A DNA stretch of 56,064 nt from a virus (taxonomy: Duplodnaviria; Caudoviricetes): positions 1 to 56,064 of the IMG/VR virus record IMGVR_UViG_3300025106_000003. One strand, given 5' to 3'. Of the stretch, positions 46,798-54,936 are shown in pieces; position 1 is the stretch's first letter; each line of letters begins with the position of its first letter. The position numbers and the translations under genes are program-made. The notes below the pieces were generated by a model. It was not told where the DNA came from, ran no database searches, and worked only from the letters and a program-made list of their open reading frames with translations.

Positions 46798-46874
46798 GCA
46801 TCAGTATGCCGCTCGTCTTCGAAACGAGAGAAAGCTAATGGATACATGTGGTTCAAGTCCCTCCTGATGCGCCA
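46798..46874 (+). tRNA. tRNA-Arg(UCG), D-armless with long variable region
   Basis: GCATCAG/CTGATGC GCCA; CTCGT-CTTCGAA-ACGAG; 7-nt D connector. Confidence 0.6.
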
Positions 46875-46883
46875 AATTTCCCC

Positions 46884-46912
46884 TTGACAAAATAGAAAAG
46901 TTGTAGTAAACT
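46884..46912 (+). promoter_or_regulatory. sigma70-type promoter, probably leaderless
   Basis: TTGACA-17nt-TAAACT; ATG 6 nt downstream. Confidence 0.6.
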
Positions 46913-46918
46913 TCTTTT

Positions 46919-47311
46919 ATGAGTAAGAACAACACACGACCAGCGCAGTTTGTAGATTTTGTAGGAAACCCGATTAACGTGGGAGATTTTATCGCATACG
47001 GAAAGTCACTCGGACGCTGCGCCGGGGTTAACATCGGGGTTGTTCAAAAAACATACGAATCAGAAGATCCTTACAATAATCGATGGGAGCCGCGCATCAC
47101 CGTCCAAGCTAACCAAGATAGCTGGGAAGATTTTACGAAGCGCGATCCGAACAAAACAGACTGGAAAGGCGTGAGCGAGATCAAGCAAACGACTTTGATG
47201 TTTTCGGATCGATGCATTGTAGTCAAGGATATCGGCAATTCGCCGCTTGCCCAACGATTCAAGCAAATTTCCAAGGAGATTATTGACAAGGCTAATAACG
47301 TTAAGCCTTAG
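46919..47311 (+). CDS. hypothetical protein
   Basis: 130-aa ORF (D..GNPI.VGD.IAY pattern). Confidence 0.65.
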   Translation: MSKNNTRPAQFVDFVGNPINVGDFIAYGKSLGRCAGVNIGVVQKTYESEDPYNNRWEPRITVQANQDSWEDFTKRDPNKTDWKGVSEIKQTTLMFSDRCIVVKDIGNSPLAQRFKQISKEIIDKANNVKP

Positions 47312-47353
47312 CGGGCGCATCATCTTTCTCTTCACAAATTATTGATTAAAAAT

Positions 47354-47695
47354 ATGAAATCAGAAGACATCCAGCATTTGAAAAACTACGAAGAGTTGAT
47401 CCAAAAAAGGATTAAACCCAAGGGCAAAAAATACAATCCAACACGGATCAGATTGAAGTCCAGCGGCGAATACTTTGTGACAGAAGGAGGGAAAACTCTT
47501 TGGAATAACGTTGGGCCAGCGAAGGCGGCGCTCCGTTTGGATTTCCCTAGTGTATTTGTATATGATTGGCGCGCAAATACCTATTTTCACAGGATTACCA
47601 AAAAAGTCGTGGCGGACTATAATGAAAGAGAAAAAATAGCAGAGGAAACATTCCAAGAATTTGTGAAAAATTGGGTGGAGTTTATTCCAGCTTGA
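47354..47695 (+). CDS. hypothetical protein
   Basis: ORF 47342..47695, first ATG at 47354. Confidence 0.55.
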   Translation: MKSEDIQHLKNYEELIQKRIKPKGKKYNPTRIRLKSSGEYFVTEGGKTLWNNVGPAKAALRLDFPSVFVYDWRANTYFHRITKKVVADYNEREKIAEETFQEFVKNWVEFIPA

Positions 47696-47703
47696 CCCAA
47701 AAT

Positions 47704-47791
47704 GGGCATGTGGCGCAGTGGCGAGACGCATTCCGCTTAAGACGGAATACCCTTGTGGTAAACAACGTGGGTTCGAATCCCACCTAGCCCA
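47704..47791 (+). tRNA. tRNA-Leu(UAA)
   Basis: TTCCG-CTTAAGA-CGGAA; long V arm; A73. Confidence 0.8.
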
Positions 47792-47883
47792 TCAAGAATG
47801 GCAAAGGAATAATAGTTTGGAAAAAGTGCCAAAAAACTCCAAGAACTCCACAAGGCCGATTGGCAGAAATATTGGGAATAACC

Positions 47884-47911
47884 TTGACAAATAATCAAAA
47901 TCTGATAAAGT
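47884..47911 (+). promoter_or_regulatory. sigma70-type promoter, probably leaderless
   Basis: TTGACA-16nt-TAAAGT; ATG 7 nt downstream. Confidence 0.55.
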
Positions 47912-47918
47912 CAACAGT

Positions 47919-48275
47919 ATGAAATCACAAAATAAATTCAGAGTCTGGGATCATCAGACATCGACATTCTCATTTTTCGGATTGAGAGAATTATTCGGCC
48001 ATCTGCCAAATGATATTCCCGACAACCAAATTTGTCAGTTTACGGGGCTACAGGATAATTTCTGGCAAGATGTTTACGAGGGTGATGTTGTTCGTATATC
48101 AGAAAGCAATGATCCAGAAGACCCATCTTGGTTTGTTGGTGATGTTTCTTTTGTGAACGGCGGATTTAGAATTGGCCGCACCGAACCAATTACAGATTAT
48201 ATTTGTTGTGATGGTAAGCGTTATTATTTCGATGGTGAGGTCATTGGCAATATTTTCGAACAAAAAATCATATGA
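47919..48275 (+). CDS. YopX family protein
   Basis: KFRVWD...QFTGLQD....VYEGDVV...EVIGNIFE. Confidence 0.85.
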   Translation: MKSQNKFRVWDHQTSTFSFFGLRELFGHLPNDIPDNQICQFTGLQDNFWQDVYEGDVVRISESNDPEDPSWFVGDVSFVNGGFRIGRTEPITDYICCDGKRYYFDGEVIGNIFEQKII

Positions 48276-48778
48276 GTTTTGAAATTTGGAAAGATGTATT
48301 GGATACTAATGGGAAGTATAAGGTCAGCAATTTAGGAAACGTGCTGAGTTTTGTTAGAGGAGAAAAGAAACTATCGTATAGCGTAACAAAAAAAGGATAT
48401 GCGCGTTTAAGAATTTTTGATAAACAAATGTATATACATAGATTAGTTGCAGAGGCGTTCATTCCCAACGTAGAATTAAAACGACAAGTAAATCATAAGG
48501 ATGGTAACAAACTTAATAATTGTGTTGATAATTTAGAGTGGGCAACGCAAGAAGAAAATATGCAACACGCCCACGATAATAAACTTATCGAAACGATTGG
48601 AGATAATAACGGAAGATTCCTTGGTAAAATCGCAGGATTTAATTCTTCCGGCAAAAAAGTTGTAGAGTTTTGTGGTAGAAAAGATATGGAAGATAATGGA
48701 TATACTAACGTATGCGTATATAATTGCGTCAACGGCAAACAGAAAACATACAAAAGATTGACATTTAAAAGAATTTAA
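48272..48778 (+). CDS. NUMOD4-HNH homing endonuclease
   Basis: EIWKD...YKVSNLGNV; IHRLVAEAFIPN..QVNHKDGNKLNN...NLEW. Confidence 0.9.
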   Translation: MSFEIWKDVLDTNGKYKVSNLGNVLSFVRGEKKLSYSVTKKGYARLRIFDKQMYIHRLVAEAFIPNVELKRQVNHKDGNKLNNCVDNLEWATQEENMQHAHDNKLIETIGDNNGRFLGKIAGFNSSGKKVVEFCGRKDMEDNGYTNVCVYNCVNGKQKTYKRLTFKRI

Positions 48779-48779
48779 A

Positions 48780-49073
48780 ATGAAACCTGTTCACAAATTC
48801 AACAACGGCAACGGCGCGACACTCTGCCATAACTGCAATGTGATTATCGGGTACGGACTTGCTAATGTATTTCTTTGCGCCGAATGCGTCGAAAAATTAC
48901 TTGAATTGAAAAAACTGACGGCAGAGCTAATTCAAATACTCGAAACCGTAGAGATTTCCGACAGCGAAAATGAATTTCACCCAACTGTGATTAGAACCTG
49001 TCGAGTTCAAGAAAATCTAAGATTGAATGAGATTATGCCAAAAATTTCTAAAATAGTTAAATCAGATGAATAA
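48780..49073 (+). CDS. hypothetical protein with CxxC motifs
   Basis: HKFNNGNGATLCHNC...CAEC. Confidence 0.6.
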   Translation: MKPVHKFNNGNGATLCHNCNVIIGYGLANVFLCAECVEKLLELKKLTAELIQILETVEISDSENEFHPTVIRTCRVQENLRLNEIMPKISKIVKSDE

Positions 49074-49239
49074 AAAATTCGAAAAATGGTGGATGAGAGT
49101 AAAACTCCCCGAATGGTGGAAGGATATGGATATGTCTAGAGGTAGGGAATTGGCCAAGAAAGCTTACCGTCTAGGCAGAGAACACCAAAAGGCTATTGAT
49201 AACGGAGATAAATCCTATGATCAGTATAGGAACTGGTAA
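49066..49239 (+). CDS. small hypothetical protein (57 aa)
   Basis: MNKKFEKWW... fills the gap between neighbours; below ORF-track cutoff. Confidence 0.5.
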   Translation: MNKKFEKWWMRVKLPEWWKDMDMSRGRELAKKAYRLGREHQKAIDNGDKSYDQYRNW

Positions 49240-49519
49240 TATTTGCTCTCTTTGCGAGGTTGCGCCAGCCGAGTCGAAACATCACCTTATTCCTAAAAGT
49301 AGAGGGGGCAAATCCACCGAGGGTCTTTGTTCTGATTGTCATGACCAGATACATTCCGTCTTGACAAATAAAGAAATGATGGTAGAATTCAATAGTATAG
49401 AGAAATTAAAAGAATTCGAACAGATCCAGAAATGGGTCAAGTGGCGGCGAAAGCATCCTAATGTCACAGTCGCCCACAAGATGAGTAAAGAAAGGAAAAA
49501 ATATGGAAGATTCCATTAA
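49217..49519 (+). CDS. small HNH protein
   Basis: CSLC..HHLIPKSRGG..LCSDCHDQIH. Confidence 0.8.
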   Translation: MISIGTGNICSLCEVAPAESKHHLIPKSRGGKSTEGLCSDCHDQIHSVLTNKEMMVEFNSIEKLKEFEQIQKWVKWRRKHPNVTVAHKMSKERKKYGRFH

Positions 49520-49540
49520 ATAATTAGTGTATCCCATTAC

Positions 49541-49696
49541 ATGGGAACTACAACCACAAAGGAAACCATTCAAAAAAGAATCCTTGAGCTTATTGAAGTC
49601 GCCAGAGTTAATAGGGATAACGATAAGCTAAGAATAGCCGCGCTCTCAGAGATAATCTTTCTGCGCGAGTTACTGGTAGATAAAAAAGAAATTTAA
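49541..49696 (+). CDS. small hypothetical protein (51 aa)
   Basis: MGTTTTKE...; GTGTA motif 9 nt upstream. Confidence 0.45.
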   Translation: MGTTTTKETIQKRILELIEVARVNRDNDKLRIAALSEIIFLRELLVDKKEI

Positions 49697-49698
49697 AT

Positions 49699-49772
49699 GT
49701 CGCATTAGTTTATTAGTAAAATCCATCATTGCCAATGATGAGAGATCGGAGCGTTACCGATATGCGATACCA
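49699..49772 (+). tRNA. tRNA-Gly(GCC)
   Basis: CATCA-TTGCCAA-TGATG; ACCA. Confidence 0.75.
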
Positions 49773-49775
49773 TAA

Positions 49776-49847
49776 GCTTCCGTAGTATAGTGCTTATTAT
49801 TCTCGATTGGTATTCGAGGAACCTGGGTTGAATTCCCAGCGGAAGCT
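49776..49847 (+). tRNA. tRNA-Thr(GGU)
   Basis: CTCGA-TTGGTAT-TCGAG; GCTTCCG/CGGAAGC. Confidence 0.8.
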
Positions 49848-49852
49848 CATAA

Positions 49853-49943
49853 GGATCGTTAAATAGACAGGGTTCTATAATTCTTTGCTAAAGAAATTGT
49901 GCCGTATCCAATCGCGCATGACTTTCGAGTAGTCAGCGATCCT
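49853..49943 (+). tRNA. tRNA-Ser(GCU)
   Basis: TTCT-TTGCTAA-AGAA; long V arm. Confidence 0.7.
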
Positions 49944-49948
49944 CTTTC

Positions 49949-50039
49949 GGATGATGAAATCTAGCGGCCTAGATCACGGCTTTGAATCCCGTTGGAGGTA
50001 TGAGAACCATGCCTTTGAGATCGACACTTACTTCATCCG
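49949..50039 (+). tRNA. tRNA-Ser(UGA)
   Basis: ACGG/CCGT stem with loop TTTGAAT; long V arm; G73. Confidence 0.65.
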
Positions 50040-50288
50040 CTTTTTTAAATAAAAATCCCACGCTGATAACAGTAAAGCCTGTTATTAGAGGACAAGTTCG
50101 ACAATGCATAACTCGTAGAAGGAGAAGAAATTCATTATTACTTCATATCAGCATTAACCCTAAAGTTCCTAGAATGTGAGTTATTCTATGACGGAAAGGT
50201 TGGGGCGGTTGCTATTAGCAAGCAACTACTAGAAATAGTAAGATAAATGTGGGAAGAAACACAGGATGTCGGCTATTTTATTTAAATT

Positions 50289-50380
50289 GGGTGGTAAATC
50301 AGAAGGGCTATCTGACTTGATTTCGAAAATCAAAGGAGCCGATTAATTATCGCGCTTGGGCTTCGATGCTCTGCCATCCT
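50289..50380 (+). tRNA. tRNA-Ser(CGA)
   Basis: TTGAT-TTCGAAA-ATCAA; long V arm. Confidence 0.7.
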
Positions 50381-50385
50381 CATAA

Positions 50386-50476
50386 GGAGATGTAATCGGT
50401 CAGGGTACCGAACCATATTGGAAATATGTGTGTGCCGTAACCATTCGTGCATGGCTTTCGATTAGTCACATCTCCT
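50386..50476 (+). tRNA. tRNA-Ser(GGA)
   Basis: CATA-TTGGAAA-TATG; GGAGATG/CATCTCC; long V arm. Confidence 0.7.
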
Positions 50477-50509
50477 CCCTTCTTTCTCAAACTGTTCTAA
50501 AATAATCTC

Positions 50510-50538
50510 TTGACTTTCAATAAAAAGTCATTTAAGAT
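50510..50538 (+). promoter_or_regulatory. sigma70-type promoter
   Basis: TTGACT-17nt-TAAGAT, 12 nt before ATG. Confidence 0.5.
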
Positions 50539-50550
50539 GCTTCTACTGTT

Positions 50551-51216
50551 ATGAAACCTCAAAAACGCGAAGAAGAGTATAAAAAATTCATTAAAATGCG
50601 CGACCGCATTCACGAGATCTACGGATTGATGAGGGATCTCCCTTATGAACCTACCGAAAAGAAGATTTTCGCTGGTCATTGGCGCTTTTTTAAGGTGCGC
50701 GAGGACATCCTTCGATCCAGCATTGGCGCACAGGTTAAAATGGTCGTAGACAAGTGCAATACTTGGATACTTGGCAACAAAAACGATCCAGATTCTTACA
50801 AGCAGAAAATTTGGTCTACCGGAGAACTCCGTGAATATCAGGCACTTCGTTCTCTTTCTGAGAAGGAATTCAACGAGAGCGGATTTCCCGACTTTTTTAC
50901 CCGCAAATGGTTTGTAAAAGAAGTGACCTACAAAAATGTAGGAACTAAAAACCTTGAAATTATCCGTTTTCGCCCCAATATCCCTCCTCACATGATTGAA
51001 TACGCCTTTAAAAGAGCGTATAAATGCGCCTTTAAGATGCTTGACGGCGACCTTGAGGGCGAACTTGACCGACTTCAGCGCACCATGAATAACGAGAATG
51101 GCTGGGCCAAGATCGCTGGCAATAATTACGATGAATGGGATCGTAATGAGAAAAAGAAAAAGAATATGAAGAAGATTGCGCGCAGGGAGTTGCGCGAGGA
51201 ACTTGCGGAATTCTAG
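50551..51216 (+). CDS. basic hypothetical protein
   Basis: 221-aa ORF after promoter. Confidence 0.65.
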   Translation: MKPQKREEEYKKFIKMRDRIHEIYGLMRDLPYEPTEKKIFAGHWRFFKVREDILRSSIGAQVKMVVDKCNTWILGNKNDPDSYKQKIWSTGELREYQALRSLSEKEFNESGFPDFFTRKWFVKEVTYKNVGTKNLEIIRFRPNIPPHMIEYAFKRAYKCAFKMLDGDLEGELDRLQRTMNNENGWAKIAGNNYDEWDRNEKKKKNMKKIARRELREELAEF

Positions 51217-51287
51217 AATTAAAAGTTAAAAAATAGCCGTTCTGGAGTCAAAACGTGTGTAGTATATAGCTATACGCGTTTTTTACT

Positions 51288-51632
51288 ATGATTCCAGCAC
51301 CCTACAATTTACCTACAGGCTACAGAGGAGACAGCTACGGCCCAATAGCTTTTTATTTAAACAATCCATCTGGCGCAATTATGCTTGATGGTGCGACTGG
51401 CGCGGCGCAGGTAAGATCAAAAAGGGATCGTCGCGTAGTCCTCCAATGGTTGTCATCGGACGACTCCATTACGATCTCTGGGAACGCCGTGGTATTGAAT
51501 ACAAAGGTCGGCGCTGACATGCGTATTCCAGCAGATGTATACGACTGGGATCTCCAAATTTCATCAGGAGAATATACCGACACCTATCTTAGAGGAGAAT
51601 TTCCTGTCATCCAAGATATCACTGAAATTTAA
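51288..51632 (+). CDS. putative baseplate/tail adaptor (BppU N-terminal-like)
   Basis: RGDS...LDGAT..AQVR...YDWDLQI...YLRG.F.V..DIT pattern. Confidence 0.55.
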   Translation: MIPAPYNLPTGYRGDSYGPIAFYLNNPSGAIMLDGATGAAQVRSKRDRRVVLQWLSSDDSITISGNAVVLNTKVGADMRIPADVYDWDLQISSGEYTDTYLRGEFPVIQDITEI

Positions 51633-51646
51633 TTCATTTTTTTACA

Positions 51647-52174
51647 ATGGCGAATGATGAAATAACAGTGACGGTGGTGGTTTCGGGATCGGTGCAGCAG
51701 CCGATAGAGGTTTCTGTAGCTAATGAGCCGCAGCCGCCCGTTCAAGTCGTGGCAGAAACGGCGGGGGTCAAGTCGGTCAACGGCAAAGCTGGTTACGTCA
51801 ACTTAGATAAGAACGACATAAACTTGGGAAACGTCGAAAACATCAGCATTACTGGTGTTTCTGGTCATCTTCAGCAACAATTTGACAATTTGGATCTAAA
51901 TTATGCAACGGACGAGCAATTAGTTGCATTAAGTTGCAAATCTTACAAGAATACTTACGCAATATCTACAGGAGTGGAGAGTGAGTGGTATGGATTCAGC
52001 GGTGTTTTTCCAAGCTCTCCGTTTTTAGTCGCTAATATCGTAATGCCGACAGACGCTTCGGGCAGCTACTACCACACCCTCAGCGGTATTTCAACCTCTG
52101 GATTTTACGCAAACTACAGCATGGAGGTAGCGCAGACAGGCTACCTTCTCAATGTTCTAGCAACAATAGGATAA
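51647..52174 (+). CDS. tail-fibre-associated protein
   Basis: VKSVNGKAGYVNL..DINLGNVEN phage tail repeat. Confidence 0.6.
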   Translation: MANDEITVTVVVSGSVQQPIEVSVANEPQPPVQVVAETAGVKSVNGKAGYVNLDKNDINLGNVENISITGVSGHLQQQFDNLDLNYATDEQLVALSCKSYKNTYAISTGVESEWYGFSGVFPSSPFLVANIVMPTDASGSYYHTLSGISTSGFYANYSMEVAQTGYLLNVLATIG

Positions 52175-52196
52175 TATATACATCTTTCATCATACT

Positions 52197-53351
52197 ATGC
52201 TTCATTTTTTCAAAAATCTCAAGGTTGTAAATGCTGACATTAGTGGGCCGCTTACCGTATCTTCGGGGCCGCTAACCGCGAGCGCGCCTATTGCGCTTAC
52301 CCAAACCTGGAACAACTCAGGCGTCACGTTCACGGGGCTGAAGTTTGATGTGACGGATACAGCTAGTGGATCTAGCTCACTGCTGCTTAACCTTCAAAAA
52401 AACGGCAATACGCAAGCATCTATAAACAAGAACGGAGAGCTTAGACTACTTTATCAAGCAAACACAACTGGGGGCGTTTACATCTCTCCTATCGGCGGTG
52501 GAGGATCGACAGACCGTTGTAACGTATCGATTATCTCTTCATTTTTTGATCTTGATTCAAGGGGGGGCGTTAATCCTGGAGTTACCTCCTACAAGACACA
52601 TCTATTCAAGTCGTTTGTATATTTTGGGACGACAGCAACCATAGACTCAACTTTGGTTGGCCTCGGATACGACGGAGCAGCCGGAACCCTAGCCCAGCGC
52701 AACGGCACAAACGCCCAGACATTCCGCATCTACAACACCTACACCGACGGCTCAAACTACGAGCGCGGCTTCATGCGGTGGAGCAGCAACGTGCTCGAAA
52801 TCGGCGCTGAAGCAGCTGGGACGGGAACGGCGAGAAATCTTAGGCTGGTTTCGCCTTTCACTGCCAACCTTGGTACGTCCGTAGCATGGGATTTTTACAA
52901 TAACGGAGTTGCAAGATCGAAGCTCTTCGCTTGCGGGTCGCAGGAATGGTATTTGTCCGACGCGGCTGGAAACCTTAAAGGGAAAATTGCCTACGCGACA
53001 CCGGGCGGCAAACCCGGCATCATTTTTGCCACAGATACGCTCTCGGCAAATCGCGTAAACGCTTTTTATTACTCGAGTTCGGTTTTTCGGATTGCCTTCG
53101 ATGCCGACGCAAATGGTGGGCTGAACCTAAAGGCTGGCGGCAACGTCGGCATTGGAACGATTTCTCCGTCATATAAGCTTCATATTAAATATTCTGAGCA
53201 AGACGATCCCTTTAAAATAGAGCGATCAGATGGGCTTATGCCTTTAGTAATTACAGGTGATGGCAACATATCCTTATACAAACTCGACGTAGCTGGAGAT
53301 ATTGCATCAAATAATTTAAATCTTTATGCAATGGCGATTTTAGGACTATAA
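52197..53351 (+). CDS. tail fibre / receptor-binding-like protein
   Basis: LAQRNGTNAQTFRIYNTY, GNVGIGT.SPSYKLHI; Gly/Thr rich. Confidence 0.65.
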   Translation: MLHFFKNLKVVNADISGPLTVSSGPLTASAPIALTQTWNNSGVTFTGLKFDVTDTASGSSSLLLNLQKNGNTQASINKNGELRLLYQANTTGGVYISPIGGGGSTDRCNVSIISSFFDLDSRGGVNPGVTSYKTHLFKSFVYFGTTATIDSTLVGLGYDGAAGTLAQRNGTNAQTFRIYNTYTDGSNYERGFMRWSSNVLEIGAEAAGTGTARNLRLVSPFTANLGTSVAWDFYNNGVARSKLFACGSQEWYLSDAAGNLKGKIAYATPGGKPGIIFATDTLSANRVNAFYYSSSVFRIAFDADANGGLNLKAGGNVGIGTISPSYKLHIKYSEQDDPFKIERSDGLMPLVITGDGNISLYKLDVAGDIASNNLNLYAMAILGL

Positions 53352-53373
53352 TAAATAACAAAGAAATAAAAAT

Positions 53374-53793
53374 ATGGCAAAAACAACATCATTACCCTTA
53401 ACGCAGAGCATCAAGAATGCGGGAGTAACCATTCTACCCGCCGATACTACTGCACTCAAGACACTTTATACGGCAGGCGCGAACGACGCCGTGGTAAAAA
53501 GTATCATTTGCGTGTCCGACGACACGGCGGCAGTAAATCTGCGCGTTCTTATTAACATCGCTGGCACGGACTATCAAATCGGCACAGTCAATGTCCCAAT
53601 CGCCTCTGGAACAAATGGAACAGCTAATGCGGTGGATGTTCTTAATTCTACCGCCTTGCCGGGCCTCCCACTTGACCGTAACGGAAAAAGAATTCTTCCA
53701 TTGGTCGGCGGCGCGATTGTAAAGGTGGCGGCGCTGGCGACAGTAACGGCGGCAAAGACAGTAACAGTAACAGCAATTGTAGAGGAGTACTAA
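53374..53793 (+). CDS. putative virion structural protein
   Basis: 139-aa Ala/Thr/Val-rich ORF in tail module. Confidence 0.55.
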   Translation: MAKTTSLPLTQSIKNAGVTILPADTTALKTLYTAGANDAVVKSIICVSDDTAAVNLRVLINIAGTDYQIGTVNVPIASGTNGTANAVDVLNSTALPGLPLDRNGKRILPLVGGAIVKVAALATVTAAKTVTVTAIVEEY

Positions 53794-53796
53794 TTT

Positions 53797-54129
53797 ATGT
53801 TTACAATTAATCAACCCGATAGCGCGGCTCTTATAGCGGCGGAAAAGATAGACAGAATTTCAAACGACATGCTCACGACGTTTGCTGGTGGCCTTGCATC
53901 CGGCTTCGCCACCATGTTCCTCCGCGACGACGGCACGCCCCGCACCAAAGCCGAAGTCCGCAGCATCCTTGCTGCATTCGCCCGCCCCGCCGACGTCTTC
54001 GCCATGCAAGCCGCCGCGACGGCATTCCTGCTCTCGATGGCACCGGATGCCCTGCAACCGGAGCAATACACGATCCCATTCGAGGTCGTGGTCAACCAGC
54101 AAACCGGCCAAGTCACCATCCCCGAATAA
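53797..54129 (+). CDS. hypothetical protein
   Basis: 110-aa ORF, TAATG coupling to next gene. Confidence 0.55.
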   Translation: MFTINQPDSAALIAAEKIDRISNDMLTTFAGGLASGFATMFLRDDGTPRTKAEVRSILAAFARPADVFAMQAAATAFLLSMAPDALQPEQYTIPFEVVVNQQTGQVTIPE

Positions 54130-54821
54130 TGCTCTGCGATTCCTCCAGTTCAACCCGTGCAGGACTCGATCTTGGGATGAGTCCCGCGCTCGACTGTGGG
54201 CTGGAGGCTTGGGGTAGGAGCGATGGGTTTAATCCGCTTTCGTTGTCGCCTGCGTTGTGGTTGTCGGACACCGGAAATGATCCGAGCGTCTGGCCGGATA
54301 TTTCTGGCAACAAGCGAGATTTCACTCAGTCATACGCTCCTAGTAGACCAACCATTGTAGCTGGTGCGCTGAACGGCCGACAGGTTAGAAGGTTTAATAA
54401 CAGCGTGCTTAAAGCGACATTCTCAATGCAGACAACGTTCTGCGCGCTCGTATGCAAACGCTCAACAATTGACGGCAGTTATCCCAGCGCAATTGGCGGG
54501 CTGGGCCTTGTCAACGAAAGCTTTCTCACGTTCCAGGGCGGCGCTCCAAATATTTACTACCCCCGGGGAACCGGCTACATAAATGGAGTCAGGCGATCAA
54601 ACACAGAACACCCGACGCCAGTTCCCAATGTGTGGTTCATCTATTTTTTCGGCGGGGCAACTGGTGCTACCACATTCTCGGTTGGAAACAGATACACTAT
54701 TGATCAGCCCTTTCCGGGCGACATCGCAGAGATCATTTTTTTTGCGTCCGCTCTTTCAATAGAAAACCGCCAGCGAGTCGAACGCCACCTCGGCCAAAAA
54801 TGGGGCATCCCCGTCGCCTAA
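54129..54821 (+). CDS. LamG/concanavalin A-like domain protein
   Basis: ALWL...VWPDISGN.RD..Q....RP.....LNG...RF...GDIAEII...VERHLGQKWGI. Confidence 0.65.
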   Translation: MLCDSSSSTRAGLDLGMSPALDCGLEAWGRSDGFNPLSLSPALWLSDTGNDPSVWPDISGNKRDFTQSYAPSRPTIVAGALNGRQVRRFNNSVLKATFSMQTTFCALVCKRSTIDGSYPSAIGGLGLVNESFLTFQGGAPNIYYPRGTGYINGVRRSNTEHPTPVPNVWFIYFFGGATGATTFSVGNRYTIDQPFPGDIAEIIFFASALSIENRQRVERHLGQKWGIPVA

Positions 54822-54827
54822 TATCTT

Positions 54828-54917
54828 ATGACCATAAACCTCGAAAAAACACAGGCGGAAACGCTAATGCAACTCCTCGACATCGCAACCAAAGCTGGCT
54901 CCCGACTTAAGAAGTAA
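54828..54917 (+). pseudogene. 29-aa probable gene remnant
   Basis: MTINLEKTQAETLMQLLDIATKAG then abrupt stop. Confidence 0.3.
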
Positions 54918-54936
54918 CACAATTATAAATAAAAAT

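Noticed and set aside
37125-46867. Short ORF-track entries overlapping tRNAs (e.g. 37125, 37966, 38839, 41065, 44027, 46209, 46640)
   Set aside because: They are shadows of RNA genes with no protein motifs.
49361-49388. TTGACA-16-TAGAAT promoter-like site
   Set aside because: It lies inside the HNH coding sequence; it could drive downstream tRNAs but cannot be separated from chance.
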